Source of the DNA: Vicinamibacteria bacterium
Lineage (GTDB): Bacteria > Acidobacteriota > Vicinamibacteria > Marinacidobacterales > Marinacidobacteraceae
Direction of reading: 5' to 3'
NCBI GenBank assembly: GCA_963422395.1
Contig: OY729431.1
Coordinates: 1,728,001-1,792,000 of the forward strand
DNA: 64,000 nucleotides
Part shown: positions 10,101-19,566 of the stretch, one piece after another
How positions within the stretch are numbered: position 1 is the first letter of the stretch
How the letters are laid out: each line of letters begins with the position of its first letter
Notes under the pieces: generated by a model
Database searches by the model: none
What the model was told of the DNA's origin: nothing
The model's input: only the letters and a program-made list of their open reading frames with translations
Program-made: the position numbers and the translations under genes

Positions 10101-11165
10101 TACCGAATCCTCTGGACCCCGCTCGGCCGGAGCCTGCCCTCCGGCGGCGCTCTGCTCCTCGCGGTCCCGCTCCCCGCCGACGAAGCCGAGCGCATCGAAA
10201 GCGTCCGGACACTCCAGCGAGCCCTGTTCTTCGGCAGCGGTTCCGTGGCGCTGGTCTTCGCCATCCTGCTGCCCGGCTTCCTCGCCCGGCGGCTCGCCGC
10301 GCCGGTGCGGAGCCTCGCGCGCGCCACCGGCCGCATCGCCGACGGCGAACTCGCCACCCCGGTCCCGGTTCCCGGCGCGCTCGCCGAGCTGCGATTGCTG
10401 GCCGCGAGCGTGGAACGGCTCGTCCGCCGAGTGCCCAGCGTCCGGCGGCGGATGCGCGAGGAGGCCGCTGCCGACCTCACCCGCCGGGTCGCCCACGACA
10501 TCAAGAACGCCCTGGCCCCCATCGGCCTGGCCGCGGACTACATCCGCAAGGTGCAGCGCGACCCGCGCGGCCGCGACCCCGCGGCCGCGGTGGAGGAAGG
10601 CGTCACCGAGATCCTCGGCCAGGTAGAACGCCTCCGCCGCATCTCCTCGGAGTTTTCCGCTCTGGGCGCGCCCCTGCGGATCGAGACCGTGGATCCGGCG
10701 AAGCTGGTCCGGGACACGGTCGCTCCCTATCTGCGCGCTGCAACCGGACCCCAGGTGTCCTTCAGCGCCGTCGGGTCCCGACCCATCCAGGCGGACGCGG
10801 AACTCGTCGCCCGGATCGTGGAGAACCTTCTCCAAAATGCCCTCGAAGCCGCCTTCGACGCGCCCCGGGACGACGGCGCCGAAGGCGCCATCGCGGTCCG
10901 GATGATCGGAGCGGACGGTTCGCCCTGGATACGGATCGAAGTCGAGGACGACGGGCCGGGCGTCTCTCCCGAACTCCGCGAGCGGATCTTCGACGCGGCG
11001 TTCTCAACCAGGACACGCGGCTCCGGCCTCGGGCTCGCGAACGCGCGCCGGTTCGCCGAAGCGCACCGCGGGCGCCTGATCGCCGGCCCCCGTCCCGACG
11101 GCGGGCGCGGCCTGCTCCTGACCCTGCAGCTCCCGGTCACGGGGTCGAGAGCCCCCGGCTCGTGA
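7152..11165 (+). CDS. Large multi-TM sensor histidine kinase (HAMP-HisKA-HATPase, NtrY-like)
   Basis: Many TM segments, HAMP (RRLAAPVRSLARATGRIADGEL), H-box AHDIKNAL, N-box NLLQNALEA, G1 DDGPG, G2 GSGLGL. Confidence 0.9.
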   Translation: MKPAARRKPSFLGVLHRLTVFGLFLAALLETGNRLALFPGPAIWLLAAGAAAAGALPFSRRTAAGPSERRIALALAGAALVAFGCRLSLGLEAASGPESAARAADRVDAWFAEVTRQIGDSAYLLARTPHIAAAVEGSDARDYRARAFAVLSEWPLATGIDPAGGIGRAGATLYDRNLRPIAWSGGNPDLEGTLAGFFPEGVRAEDCPDPAFPLFLYTERGRRGYLAAAECTRNLLGLVTVELLLLESPPPSSGAPAVSALETAARRGLEIQFLRGTEDPEGLAQLFERRGERFVEGSAEARRYFFALDAYDGQLLGAASTAVAPAAARRAEQRAEARWVAALALLIGGGAAAPALWKTGFAGALLALWTTRLGLAALAQALPAGFAPSLLLPSGAPRIVPFPGISLPGLPLPDLYLLDDSPLGAMLTAAALFLTVRLFQQWHGGKRRGGRPASILRGAVAGAAAVWGAALVRAAGSGALVLAPTWRVGIGWPEVLGWTALLLALSGAVLLVATLLAPRAPVAWPVVLSAFAVVLGAALFTEDDSLGFAALPLVVVLVGLGRRGRLALRRLRRPLLREEPGFAFVIAFALLALPPLLWYPAMHWSEEAALDRYAADAAPVQIRRHRLAVCHALGEAARALDTQPSNLEPLRPETAYRLWLATGLARLTAASALEVRGPGGGVSRFGVGLSRRPDPPPSDLAGLDWSPIPDCQRDGPFREDTILSTQRRFASGSRVTLRAAVRTREIPFLPQPPGIADHFLSRGDAAPVVFQGRDLRLARGASGEPAPGRISAEVTVAGEPFLVSWRATRAADIAARLLGWVFLAALVALLVALAARLRLLVPGPGGRVRRRSFQMQLTETLATAVLVAIFGLVLFTQQRLSGLLEAASDREALDRSRAVQRVAGELGGLDFAATPEELASRLAHAADQLDTDAALYAGGGLIAVSRPELVQTGLLPPRPPPVAVGGRPPRAPVFSFQEAKPLRYRILWTPLGRSLPSGGALLLAVPLPADEAERIESVRTLQRALFFGSGSVALVFAILLPGFLARRLAAPVRSLARATGRIADGELATPVPVPGALAELRLLAASVERLVRRVPSVRRRMREEAAADLTRRVAHDIKNALAPIGLAADYIRKVQRDPRGRDPAAAVEEGVTEILGQVERLRRISSEFSALGAPLRIETVDPAKLVRDTVAPYLRAATGPQVSFSAVGSRPIQADAELVARIVENLLQNALEAAFDAPRDDGAEGAIAVRMIGADGSPWIRIEVEDDGPGVSPELRERIFDAAFSTRTRGSGLGLANARRFAEAHRGRLIAGPRPDGGRGLLLTLQLPVTGSRAPGS

Positions 11166-11190
11166 CCGGGGCGCCCGGAGGATCACGCCG

Positions 11191-11757
11191 ATGACGAACC
11201 TTCCGATATCGGATCGACGGCGCCCGGCGCGGTTTCTCGCTGAGCTGACAGCACTCGTTTTCGCTGTCGCGGGGAGCGGTTGTACGCCGGCGGCGGCGCC
11301 GCCGGCGGATCTCGACGAAGCGCTCGGGCTGGTCCGGCTGGCGTTCGAGGCCGGAGATCCGCACCACCTGGAGCCGCTCTATCCGTCGGGCTGGGCGCTC
11401 GTGTCGCTCTCCGGCGAACCCCGGCGGAGCGTCACCGGCGCCGAGCTGGAACGGCTGCTCGCCCGGATGTTCCGAAGCCGCGCACCCGTTGCCTACGACG
11501 AGCGCCCAAGGTCCATCCTCCGCTCGCGGGACGGTGCCTACGCCCTCTTCGCCCCCGAGTGGTCCAGCATGGTCCTGGGTACCGACCGGCTGATCGTCGA
11601 ACTCTTCCGCATCGGCCTCGAACGCGCCTCCGCCGAGGAATCCGCCGCCGATCCGCCTCCCGCCGCCCGGTCCGACGCTGAAGGATTCTCCGACGAGGAG
11701 TCGGCTGTCGGGCGGACCGGCTGGCAGATCCGCGAATTCACCGTCCGCACCCGCTGA
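11191..11757 (+). CDS. Hypothetical lipoprotein
   Basis: Hydrophobic leader ending VAGSGC (lipobox-like); directly follows the kinase. Confidence 0.6.
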   Translation: MTNLPISDRRRPARFLAELTALVFAVAGSGCTPAAAPPADLDEALGLVRLAFEAGDPHHLEPLYPSGWALVSLSGEPRRSVTGAELERLLARMFRSRAPVAYDERPRSILRSRDGAYALFAPEWSSMVLGTDRLIVELFRIGLERASAEESAADPPPAARSDAEGFSDEESAVGRTGWQIREFTVRTR

Positions 11758-11768
11758 CTGCCGCAACC

Positions 11769-11898
11769 GCCTGTGGATGAAGCGGCGCATCGCCCGGAGA
11801 GCGGTCCAGTTCTCCCGGTATGCCTCCCGATTCGCGCCTTGTCTGCCAGGCGCCTCCCCGGTCTCGGTGCTCGCGCCACTTCATCCACAGGCTGCTAA
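11769..11898. mobile_element. MITE-like non-autonomous element (~125 bp)
   Basis: 20-bp inverted repeats gcctgtggatgaagcggcgc (11769-11788) and gcgccacttcatccacaggc (11873-11892), 19/20 match; no credible ORF; right end continues ctgctaa. Confidence 0.55.
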
Positions 11899-12936
11899 CA
11901 GTGACCTTGCGGTAGGTTGTTCACGCGAGCCCGATGCCCGAAGCTCATGGGCATCCACGATCTCTCAGCATGAGGAGGAACCCGCATGAACATCCACAAG
12001 TCGGCCAAACTGACCCCACTCGGTCGAGAGATCCTGGTTCGCCGCATCACCGAGGAAGGCCTCCGCGTCGAGGCGGCGGCCCAGGCCTCGGGGGTGAGCG
12101 TGCGCACCGCATACAAGTGGCTCGCCCGCTGGCGCGAGGAGGGCCTGCCGGGCCTCGGGGACCGCTCCTCGCGCCCGCATCGCTGCCCCCACCGCACCAG
12201 CGAGGCGCGGCGCACCCGAGTCGTCGAACTGCGGCGCGAGCGCCGCACCTACCACGACATCAGCCAGCAGCTCGGCATCTCCCCCAGCACCGTGGGGCGC
12301 ATCGCCCAGCGCGCCGGGGTCAACCGCCTCTCCCAGCTCGAACCACCCCCGCCCCCCAACCGCTATGTCTATCCAGATCCCGGGGGCCTCCTCCACCTCG
12401 ACATCAAGAAACTCGGGCGCTTCCGGCGCCCCGGACACCGCGCCACCGGAAACCGCCGCTCCACCAGCCCCCGCGCCGGCTGGGAGTTCGTCCATGTCTG
12501 CGTGGACGACCACTCCCGCCTCGCTTTCTCCAAAATCCTCCCCGACGAATCCGCCCATAGCGCCGCCGCCTTCCTCACCGACGCACTCGCCTACTTCCAA
12601 AGCCTCGCTATCCCCGTGCAACGCCTCCTCACCGACAATGGCGGCTGCTACCGCTCCCGCCTCTTCAACGCACGATGCCAACAGGCAGGCATCCGCCACC
12701 TCTACACCCGTCCCTTCACCCCCCGAACCAACGGAAAAGCCGAGCGCTTCATCCAAACCGTTCTCAGAGAATGGGCCTACGCACACACCTACCAGAGCTC
12801 CGACCAGCGCGCCGCCCAACTGCCCGCCTGGCTCCACCGATACAACTGGCACCGGCCTCACACCAGCCTCCATCACCGACCCCCCATCCAGGCGCTCGAC
12901 TCCCCCCTCAACAACCTGGTGAGCTTGCACAGCTAG
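11895..12936 (+). mobile_element. IS481-family insertion sequence
   Basis: Imperfect ends ctaacagtg...aggttgtt (11895-11921) and aacaacct...gcacagctag (12910-12936); the transposase stop lies in the right end, as is typical of IS481. Confidence 0.85.
11986..12936 (+). CDS. IS481-family DDE transposase
   Basis: MNIHKSAKLTPLGR, LHLDIKKLGRF, VDDHSR, LLTDNG, PRTNGKAERF, NNLVSLHS. Confidence 0.95.
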   Translation: MNIHKSAKLTPLGREILVRRITEEGLRVEAAAQASGVSVRTAYKWLARWREEGLPGLGDRSSRPHRCPHRTSEARRTRVVELRRERRTYHDISQQLGISPSTVGRIAQRAGVNRLSQLEPPPPPNRYVYPDPGGLLHLDIKKLGRFRRPGHRATGNRRSTSPRAGWEFVHVCVDDHSRLAFSKILPDESAHSAAAFLTDALAYFQSLAIPVQRLLTDNGGCYRSRLFNARCQQAGIRHLYTRPFTPRTNGKAERFIQTVLREWAYAHTYQSSDQRAAQLPAWLHRYNWHRPHTSLHHRPPIQALDSPLNNLVSLHS

Positions 12937-12944
12937 AAGGGCGA

Positions 12945-13733
12945 CTAGTCCGGGTCGGGAGTAGCGGGGGTCGGGCGGGAGTCCTCGCCGCCTTCGGAGA
13001 TGGGAGCGCGGAAACGGCGGCCCGCCTGCCGGAAGATGAGGAACACCGGAGAGACCGCATAGGCGCCGGCGAGGAAGATGAACATCGCCACCGGCTCGGC
13101 GATCGTGGCGACGATGAAGACCGCCACCACCACGAGGGTGCGGTGCGACTGCGGACGGCGGCCGGTCATCCCCTTGAAGCTCGGATAGCGCACCGGGCTG
13201 TTCATGAGGAGCGCCACGGCGAGGGTTCCGAACAGGGAGGCGGCGGCGGCGATTTCGCCCACCGGAGTTTCGGGATGCCAATAGACGACCGCGCCGACGA
13301 GCGCAGCGGCGGCAGGACTCGACATTCCCGAGTAGAAACCGGGATCGGCGCTCAGTCGGCCGACATTGAACCGCGCCAGCCGCACTGCGGCGCAGACGGC
13401 GAAGAGCGCCGCGACCAGCCAGCCGGTCTGCGGCCAGCGGTGGAGTACCCAGGCGTAGGACAGGACCGCGGGCGCCACCCCGAAGGAACTCATGTCGGCG
13501 AGCGAATCCAGTTCGCGGCCGAAGTCGCTGGCGGCGGCGGCGAAGCGGGCGACTCGTCCATCCACCAGATCGGCCAGGATGGCGAAGCCGATGGCGAGCG
13601 CTGCGCCCGCGAACTCGCCCCGCAGACTCTGGACGATGGAAAAGAATCCGAAGAAGATGTTCGCGACGGTGAACAGCGCCGGCAGCAGGAAGACCCCCCG
13701 CCGGGTTCGCAGATTCTCTTTCTCTCGTCTCAT
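12945..13733 (-). CDS. pssA: CDP-diacylglycerol--serine O-phosphatidyltransferase
   Basis: LLPALFTVANIFFG, DLVDGRVAR..SDFGRELDSLAD..SFGVAP, RLARFN; start overlaps the psd stop. Confidence 0.92.
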   Translation of the reverse strand: MRREKENLRTRRGVFLLPALFTVANIFFGFFSIVQSLRGEFAGAALAIGFAILADLVDGRVARFAAAASDFGRELDSLADMSSFGVAPAVLSYAWVLHRWPQTGWLVAALFAVCAAVRLARFNVGRLSADPGFYSGMSSPAAAALVGAVVYWHPETPVGEIAAAASLFGTLAVALLMNSPVRYPSFKGMTGRRPQSHRTLVVVAVFIVATIAEPVAMFIFLAGAYAVSPVFLIFRQAGRRFRAPISEGGEDSRPTPATPDPD

Positions 13734-14449
13734 CGGAATCGGGCGATCACCGTCTCGCCGCCCCGGACCCGGTCCCCCGCGCGAACCAGCACCTCGACCC
13801 CGGGCGGGAGCAGGACGTCGGTCCGCGAACCGAAGCGGATCAGGCCGAAACGCTCGCCGGCGGCCAGCCGGTGCCCGGGCCGGGCGCGGCAGACGATCCG
13901 GCGGGCGAGCACGCCGGCGATCTGATGGATCCGCATCGTCCCGCGCGCGGTGCGCAGCTCCAGCTCGTTCCTCTCGTTCCTCGCCGCGGCGTCCCCGCGA
14001 AACGCCGCCCGGAATTCTCCCTCGCGATAGCGCACCGCTTCCACCCGTCCCGCGGTGGGGGACCGGTTGATGTGCACATCGAAAACCGAAAGGAAGATGC
14101 TCACCCGGCGGGTTTCCGGGTTCCCTTCCCCGGCGGAGCCGACCTCGGTGACGCGCCCGTCTGCGGGAGCGACGAGCGCTGCCGGATCCTCCGGAGGACG
14201 GCGTTCCGGGTCGCGGAAGAAGAACCCGCAAAAACCCGCGAGAACGAGAAAGGCCGCACCGGTCCAGCCGGCCGCCGCCGACCCGAAGAGCCCGGCGCCG
14301 GCGAACGAAACCGCCGCTGCCCCCAGGGGCGTCAGGATGAAGACCCAGCCCTCGTCGGCAATCGGGAGCCTTCGGGGCGGGAATCCCGAAAGCACCCCTT
14401 CGCGCTCCCCCTTTCGGCGGCGCGCCGCCGGAAGGCGCCCGGTCACCAC
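13730..14449 (-). CDS. psd: Phosphatidylserine decarboxylase proenzyme
   Basis: FFRDPER, APADGRV, SIFLSVFDVHINRSP, NERN, FGLIRFGSR (pyruvoyl site); start uncertain. Confidence 0.92.
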   Translation of the reverse strand: MVTGRLPAARRRKGEREGVLSGFPPRRLPIADEGWVFILTPLGAAAVSFAGAGLFGSAAAGWTGAAFLVLAGFCGFFFRDPERRPPEDPAALVAPADGRVTEVGSAGEGNPETRRVSIFLSVFDVHINRSPTAGRVEAVRYREGEFRAAFRGDAAARNERNELELRTARGTMRIHQIAGVLARRIVCRARPGHRLAAGERFGLIRFGSRTDVLLPPGVEVLVRAGDRVRGGETVIARFR

Positions 14450-14459
14450 GAACGGAGGA

Positions 14460-14732
14460 TCAGGAGGATGCGCCGAGCGCGGTGATCCGATCCTTGAGGG
14501 CCAGCTTGCGCTTCTTCATCACTGCGGCTTCGTGCTCTTCCGCCGGAGTCAAGCGGCCGGCGGCGGCGAACTCTCGCAACCGGTCGTCCAGTTCGCGGTG
14601 TTGCCGGATCAATTCCTCGACCCCGGAACGGTCTTCCGACGGGCCGGCAGCGGCTCCGGAAGGCGACTCGAGAATCGGCCCGGAACCGGCTGCGGATCGA
14701 GGATCGGTTTCCAGCGGCTCTTCTATCGTCAT
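14460..14732 (-). CDS. Small coiled-coil protein, DUF465/YdcH family
   Basis: LIRQHRELDDRL...KKRKLALKDRI. Confidence 0.75.
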   Translation of the reverse strand: MTIEEPLETDPRSAAGSGPILESPSGAAAGPSEDRSGVEELIRQHRELDDRLREFAAAGRLTPAEEHEAAVMKKRKLALKDRITALGASS

Positions 14733-14920
14733 GAACGCCTCCCGTTCGTCTCGTGGTCGTCTCTGGCATCCGGGACGGCGGCGGCTCCGGGAGCAATCAC
14801 CACAGGATCGATGCCGTAGCGTAGCCGAACCCCGGCCCGGCTCCCCACTTCGGCCGCCCCGTACACCCGAGTCGCCGCAACCGGCCGAAACCGACGAGGG
14901 ATACCGGCTCGCGGCGTACG

Positions 14921-15739
14921 ATGCCCGCCGTGTCAGCCGAAGAGAACGCGCCCGCGCCGGAAGGTGCCGCGGCGGCGGGGCCGGTGCTCGCCCTCGACAC
15001 CACCGGCGCGCTCGGCAGCGTAGCGGTCTGGTTCACCGGTTCGGAGTCGGGGGCGGACGCCGCAGTCGTCGAGACCTTCGGGCCATCGAACCGCCACGCG
15101 GCGCAACTGCTCCCCGCGATCCGACGGGCGCTCGACCGCGCGGGGGTCGGCCCGGGGGATCTGCTGCTCCTCGCCGCGACCCGCGGCCCCGGATCCTTCA
15201 CCGGCCTCCGGGTGGGTCTCGCGACGGTTCAGGGGCTTTCGCTCGGCTCCGGAATTCCGGCGGTGGGGGTGTCGAGCCTCGACGCGGCCGCACTCGCCGA
15301 CCATCTCGAAAGCGCTCTGCCCAACGACCGATCCACTCCCCGACTTTCCACGGTGGACGCGCTCCGGGGGGAACTCTTCGCCGCGGCCTACGAACGGCCG
15401 GACTCGCCCGCGGCGGCGGGGCCGGTTCGACTCGCACCGCGGGAAGCGGGACGGTGGGCGCGGGAGCGGAATCTGGGGCGGATCTGCGGACCCGGCGCGG
15501 CCCGCTATCGCGAGGAGATCGCCGCGGGAATCGGCAGCGGGACTCCGAGGGCAGCGGCCGGCGGCATGGGGGACGATCGAGAGCACGACGAGTTCGGAAA
15601 CCGCCCCCCCGGCATCACGATCGCCAGCGATCCGATTCCGCTCGCACCGGCGGCAGCCCGGCTCGGCTTCCATGCCTTTCGCCGCGGCGTCTCCGACCTC
15701 TCCCCCCTCTATCTGCGCGACCCCGACATCCACCGCTGA
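14921..15739 (+). CDS. tsaB: tRNA threonylcarbamoyladenosine biosynthesis protein TsaB
   Basis: VLALDTT, HAAQLLPAI, GPGSFTGLRVG, VSSLDA, DALRGELF, PLYLR. Confidence 0.9.
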   Translation: MPAVSAEENAPAPEGAAAAGPVLALDTTGALGSVAVWFTGSESGADAAVVETFGPSNRHAAQLLPAIRRALDRAGVGPGDLLLLAATRGPGSFTGLRVGLATVQGLSLGSGIPAVGVSSLDAAALADHLESALPNDRSTPRLSTVDALRGELFAAAYERPDSPAAAGPVRLAPREAGRWARERNLGRICGPGAARYREEIAAGIGSGTPRAAAGGMGDDREHDEFGNRPPGITIASDPIPLAPAAARLGFHAFRRGVSDLSPLYLRDPDIHR

Positions 15740-15835
15740 CGAAAGGCCCGCCCTATCCACCCCGCGGCGGCGGCGAACCAGCCGCCGGTCGGGACCACCA
15801 GCTCCCGAGGGGAATCCCCGGATAGCATCGGCTTC

Positions 15836-18574
15836 GTGATCCCCACGGCACCCCGACTCTTTCCTCCGCAGGGCTCCGCACCGGAAGCTGCCGGCGGGCC
15901 GGTGCGCCCGACCCGCCGCCGGTCGCGCGGAGAGTCGCCGGCCATGCGCCAATACCTCGATCTGAAGCGCGAGGCTGAAGACGCCATCCTCTTCTTCCGC
16001 ATGGGCGACTTCTACGAGGTCTTCTTCGAGGACGCCCAGCAGGCGGCGCAGGTGCTGAACATCGCCGTGACCTCGCGCCAGAAGAGTGCCGACGGAAGCG
16101 CGATTCCGATGGCGGGAGTGCCGCACCACGCCGCCGAGACCTACATCGCCCGACTCGTGCGCGCTGGATTCCGGGTGGCGGTGTGCGACCAGGTGGAGCC
16201 CGCCGGCGCCTCGCGCAGCCCGGTGCGCCGCGAGATCGTCCGCATCGCCACCCCGGCCACCTACCTCGACCCCGGGTACCTGGCGGATTCGGAAGCGGCC
16301 TATCTGATGGCGGCTGCCGAGCTCGGGACCGCGCAGCGGCCACTGCTGGGAGCAGCCTGGGTGGATCTGTCCACCGGCGACTTCACCGCCGCCGAATTCG
16401 GAGCGGAGACCCGCTTCCGGGAATGCGCCGAGGCGATGTCCGCGTTTCGCCCGCGCGAACTCCTCGCGGCGGAGGGCGCACCGCCGCGCGCGCTGCTCGC
16501 GGCCGCCGAAGGCGAGCCGCTCCTGACCCGGCGTCCCGGGTTCTGGTTCGAGTTCGAGCATGCGAGGGAGACCCTGCTCCGTCATTTCGGCACCGCTTCG
16601 CTCGAATCCTTCGGCGTCGAGGGAAGCCCGGCGGCGGTTGCGGCCGCCGGCGCGGCGATCAGCTATCTGGAGGAGACCCAGCGCGCCCGCCTCGCCCACC
16701 TCGTCGCCCTGAAACGCCTCGATACCTCCGGCCGGATGCCGCTCGACCCGGTGACCCTGCGGAATCTCGAGATCTTCCAGACGCTTTCCGGCGCCCGCAC
16801 CGGCGCGACGCTGGTCGAAACCCTCGACCGCACCTGTACCGGAATGGGCGCGCGGCTGCTGCGGCGCCGTCTCGCCGGGCCGCTGCTAGACAGAGGGTTT
16901 ATCCGCGAACGGCACCGGGCGGTCGACGAGCTGACCCGCGACCGCACCCTCTCGAACGCTGTCGCCGAAGCGCTCGGGAACTGCCCCGATCTCGAACGGC
17001 TGACCTCCCGGGTCGCCCTCCGCGTCGCCGGACCCCGCGAATACCTGAAAGTCGCCGAGGCCCTCTCGGTCGCCGAAACGCTTCGGGAAACCCTCGGCCC
17101 GGCGGGCACCAGCCTCCTCTGCAGTATCCGGGAGCGGCTCGATCCGCTCCCACCCATCCGCCGCCGCATCGAAGAGACGGTTGCCGGCGACGCCCCCCTT
17201 CTCCTCCGCGAGGGAGGGGTGATCCGGCCGGGGGTATCCGCGGAACTCGACGAGCTGCGGCGCCTCCGTTTCCATGGCCACGAGCGCATCCGGGACATGG
17301 AGGCACAGGAGCGGCAGCGCACTGGCATCCCGTCGCTCCGCATCCGCTACAAACAGGTGTTCGGCTACACCATCGAGGTGGGCAAGGGATACGCCGACCG
17401 GGTTCCCGAGGACTACCACCGGCGGCAGACCCTGGTGAACGCCGAGCGGTATGTAACCGAGGAGCTGAAGGAGTTCGAGGCACGGGTGGCCAGCGCCGAG
17501 GATGGCATCCGCGAGTTCGAATCCCAGCTCTTCCGAGCCCTAGAAGCGGAGGTCGGCGCCGCGGTGCCGGCGATCCTCCGGACCGCCGCCGCGCTCGGAG
17601 AAGCAGATGTAGCGCTAGGACTCGCCAACACTGCGTTCTCCCGCGACTATGTGATGCCGGAAATGCACGCTGGATTCGAAATCGAAGTTTCTGCCGGCCG
17701 CCACCCGGTGGTGGAAGCGGTCAGCGACGAGCGGTTCGTCCCGAACGACCTCCGGCTCGACGAGGGCTGCTTCCTCATGATCCTCACCGGCCCCAACATG
17801 GGCGGGAAATCCACCTTCCTGCGGCAGACGGCGCTCCACGCGGTGATGGCACAGATGGGCTCCTTCGTTCCGGCGGCCGCCGCCCGGCTGCCGGTGGTGG
17901 ATCGGGTCTTCGCCCGGGTCGGCGCTTCCGACGATCTCTCCCGCGGGCGTTCCACCTTCCTCACCGAGATGGAGGAAACCGCGCACATACTCCACCACAC
18001 CACCCGGCGCAGCCTGGTGCTGCTCGACGAGGTGGGGCGCGGCACCGCGACCTACGACGGTCTTTCGCTCGCCTGGGCCATCGTGGAACACATCGCACGC
18101 GCTCCCGGGCTGCAGATGAAGACGCTGTTCGCGACCCACTACCACGAACTGACCGCGCTCGCCGCGGCGGAACGAGGGGTGGTGAACTTCCATGTCGAGG
18201 CGAAAGAGCATCGGGACGAAATCGTGTTCCTGCGCCAAGTGGCCCCCGGCGGCACGAACCGCAGCTACGGCATCCAGGTAGCGAAGCTCGCCGGAATCCC
18301 CGCTGCGGTCGTCCAGCGAGCGGGCGAAGTGCTCGGAAGCCTGACCGAAGAAGCCGGCGGGCGCGGCGCCCGGCGGCCGCCACCGGAACCCGGCGTCTCC
18401 CACTCCCCGCTCGAGCGGGCGGAACGCCGCGTGGCGGAAGCCCTGCGCGCCGCCGAACCCGACGCGATCAGCCCCAAGGAAGCGCTCGACCTGCTCTATC
18501 GCCTCCGGCAGCAGCTCGAACCTGCGGCTTCCCGCACCGCCAGGATGGATTCCGTACCGCCGGAGGGCGCCTGA
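15836..18574 (+). CDS. mutS: DNA mismatch repair protein MutS
   Basis: PAMRQY, FRMGDFYE, TGPNMGGKST, STFLTEM, LLDEVGRGT, FATHYHEL, SYGIQVA. Confidence 0.97.
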   Translation: MIPTAPRLFPPQGSAPEAAGGPVRPTRRRSRGESPAMRQYLDLKREAEDAILFFRMGDFYEVFFEDAQQAAQVLNIAVTSRQKSADGSAIPMAGVPHHAAETYIARLVRAGFRVAVCDQVEPAGASRSPVRREIVRIATPATYLDPGYLADSEAAYLMAAAELGTAQRPLLGAAWVDLSTGDFTAAEFGAETRFRECAEAMSAFRPRELLAAEGAPPRALLAAAEGEPLLTRRPGFWFEFEHARETLLRHFGTASLESFGVEGSPAAVAAAGAAISYLEETQRARLAHLVALKRLDTSGRMPLDPVTLRNLEIFQTLSGARTGATLVETLDRTCTGMGARLLRRRLAGPLLDRGFIRERHRAVDELTRDRTLSNAVAEALGNCPDLERLTSRVALRVAGPREYLKVAEALSVAETLRETLGPAGTSLLCSIRERLDPLPPIRRRIEETVAGDAPLLLREGGVIRPGVSAELDELRRLRFHGHERIRDMEAQERQRTGIPSLRIRYKQVFGYTIEVGKGYADRVPEDYHRRQTLVNAERYVTEELKEFEARVASAEDGIREFESQLFRALEAEVGAAVPAILRTAAALGEADVALGLANTAFSRDYVMPEMHAGFEIEVSAGRHPVVEAVSDERFVPNDLRLDEGCFLMILTGPNMGGKSTFLRQTALHAVMAQMGSFVPAAAARLPVVDRVFARVGASDDLSRGRSTFLTEMEETAHILHHTTRRSLVLLDEVGRGTATYDGLSLAWAIVEHIARAPGLQMKTLFATHYHELTALAAAERGVVNFHVEAKEHRDEIVFLRQVAPGGTNRSYGIQVAKLAGIPAAVVQRAGEVLGSLTEEAGGRGARRPPPEPGVSHSPLERAERRVAEALRAAEPDAISPKEALDLLYRLRQQLEPAASRTARMDSVPPEGA

Positions 18575-19566
18575 TGATCGACGCACCTGACCGGCGGTTG
18601 CAAGCCGGCTCTCTTTTCCTGTTCGTGGCTCTTTTCGCCGGGTGCGGCGACGAACGCCCACGGCCCTTCGCGCTGGCCACCGGGAACACCGCCGGCGTCT
18701 ATTACCCCCTCGGCGGAGCGATGGCCAGCCGGTTCACCCGCGATCTGCCCGGAGTCGTGGTTCGGGCGGAAGTGACCGCCGGCTCGGTCACGAACCTGAT
18801 CCAGGTCGCCAAGGGCGAAAGCGACATCGGCTTCGGCCAGGCCGACGCGGTGGCCGACGCTCTCGCCGGCGCCGGCCGGTTCCCCGATTCCCTGCCCCTC
18901 CGCATCCTCGCCCGGGTGTACCCCAACATCGTGCACCTGCTCAGCGTCAGCGGGCGGGGGATCTCTGCGGTAGGCGATCTCCCGGGCAAACGGGTCTCCG
19001 TCGGCCCCCCGGGTTCGGGAAACGAGGTGACCGCGAGGAATGTGCTGCGGGCGGTGGGAATCGCCGAGACCGACCTGCGCATCCGCCAGATGAACTACAC
19101 CCAGAGCATCAACGGGCTCAAGGACGGAACGCTCGACGCAGTCTTCCTCGCCGCCGGGCTCGGGGTGTCTTCGGTGATCGAGCTGGGCCTCACCCGCCCG
19201 CTGGTGCTGGTGCCGTTCACCCGCGAGGAGATCGCCGCCGTCGAGGCCTCGAATAGCGCCTACCAGGGCATCGAGGTTCCGCCGGGCGTCTATCGCGGGG
19301 TGGACACCGAGACCCTCACCCCGTCGCTGTGGAACTTGCTGTTCGTCCACGAGGACCTCGACGAGGGGACGGCCTACGCTCTCGCCGCCTCGCTGCTCGG
19401 CGGGCGCGAGGCATTCTCGTCCGTCACCCGGAACGCGAACTTCATCCGGCTCGACAGCCTCGATGCGGTGGGCGCCCTGCCCCTCCACCCGGGGGCGAAG
19501 GCGTTCTACGACGAGGAGCGGGCCCGCCGGGGGCTCAAGAAACCGCCCGCCGGAGGAAGGCCATGA
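18574..19566 (+). CDS. TAXI-family TRAP transporter solute-binding protein
   Basis: Lipobox LFAGC, ATGNTAGVYYPLG, TAGSVTN, KRVSVGPPGSG, PLHPGA; ATG overlaps the mutS stop. Confidence 0.9.
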   Translation: MIDAPDRRLQAGSLFLFVALFAGCGDERPRPFALATGNTAGVYYPLGGAMASRFTRDLPGVVVRAEVTAGSVTNLIQVAKGESDIGFGQADAVADALAGAGRFPDSLPLRILARVYPNIVHLLSVSGRGISAVGDLPGKRVSVGPPGSGNEVTARNVLRAVGIAETDLRIRQMNYTQSINGLKDGTLDAVFLAAGLGVSSVIELGLTRPLVLVPFTREEIAAVEASNSAYQGIEVPPGVYRGVDTETLTPSLWNLLFVHEDLDEGTAYALAASLLGGREAFSSVTRNANFIRLDSLDAVGALPLHPGAKAFYDEERARRGLKKPPAGGRP

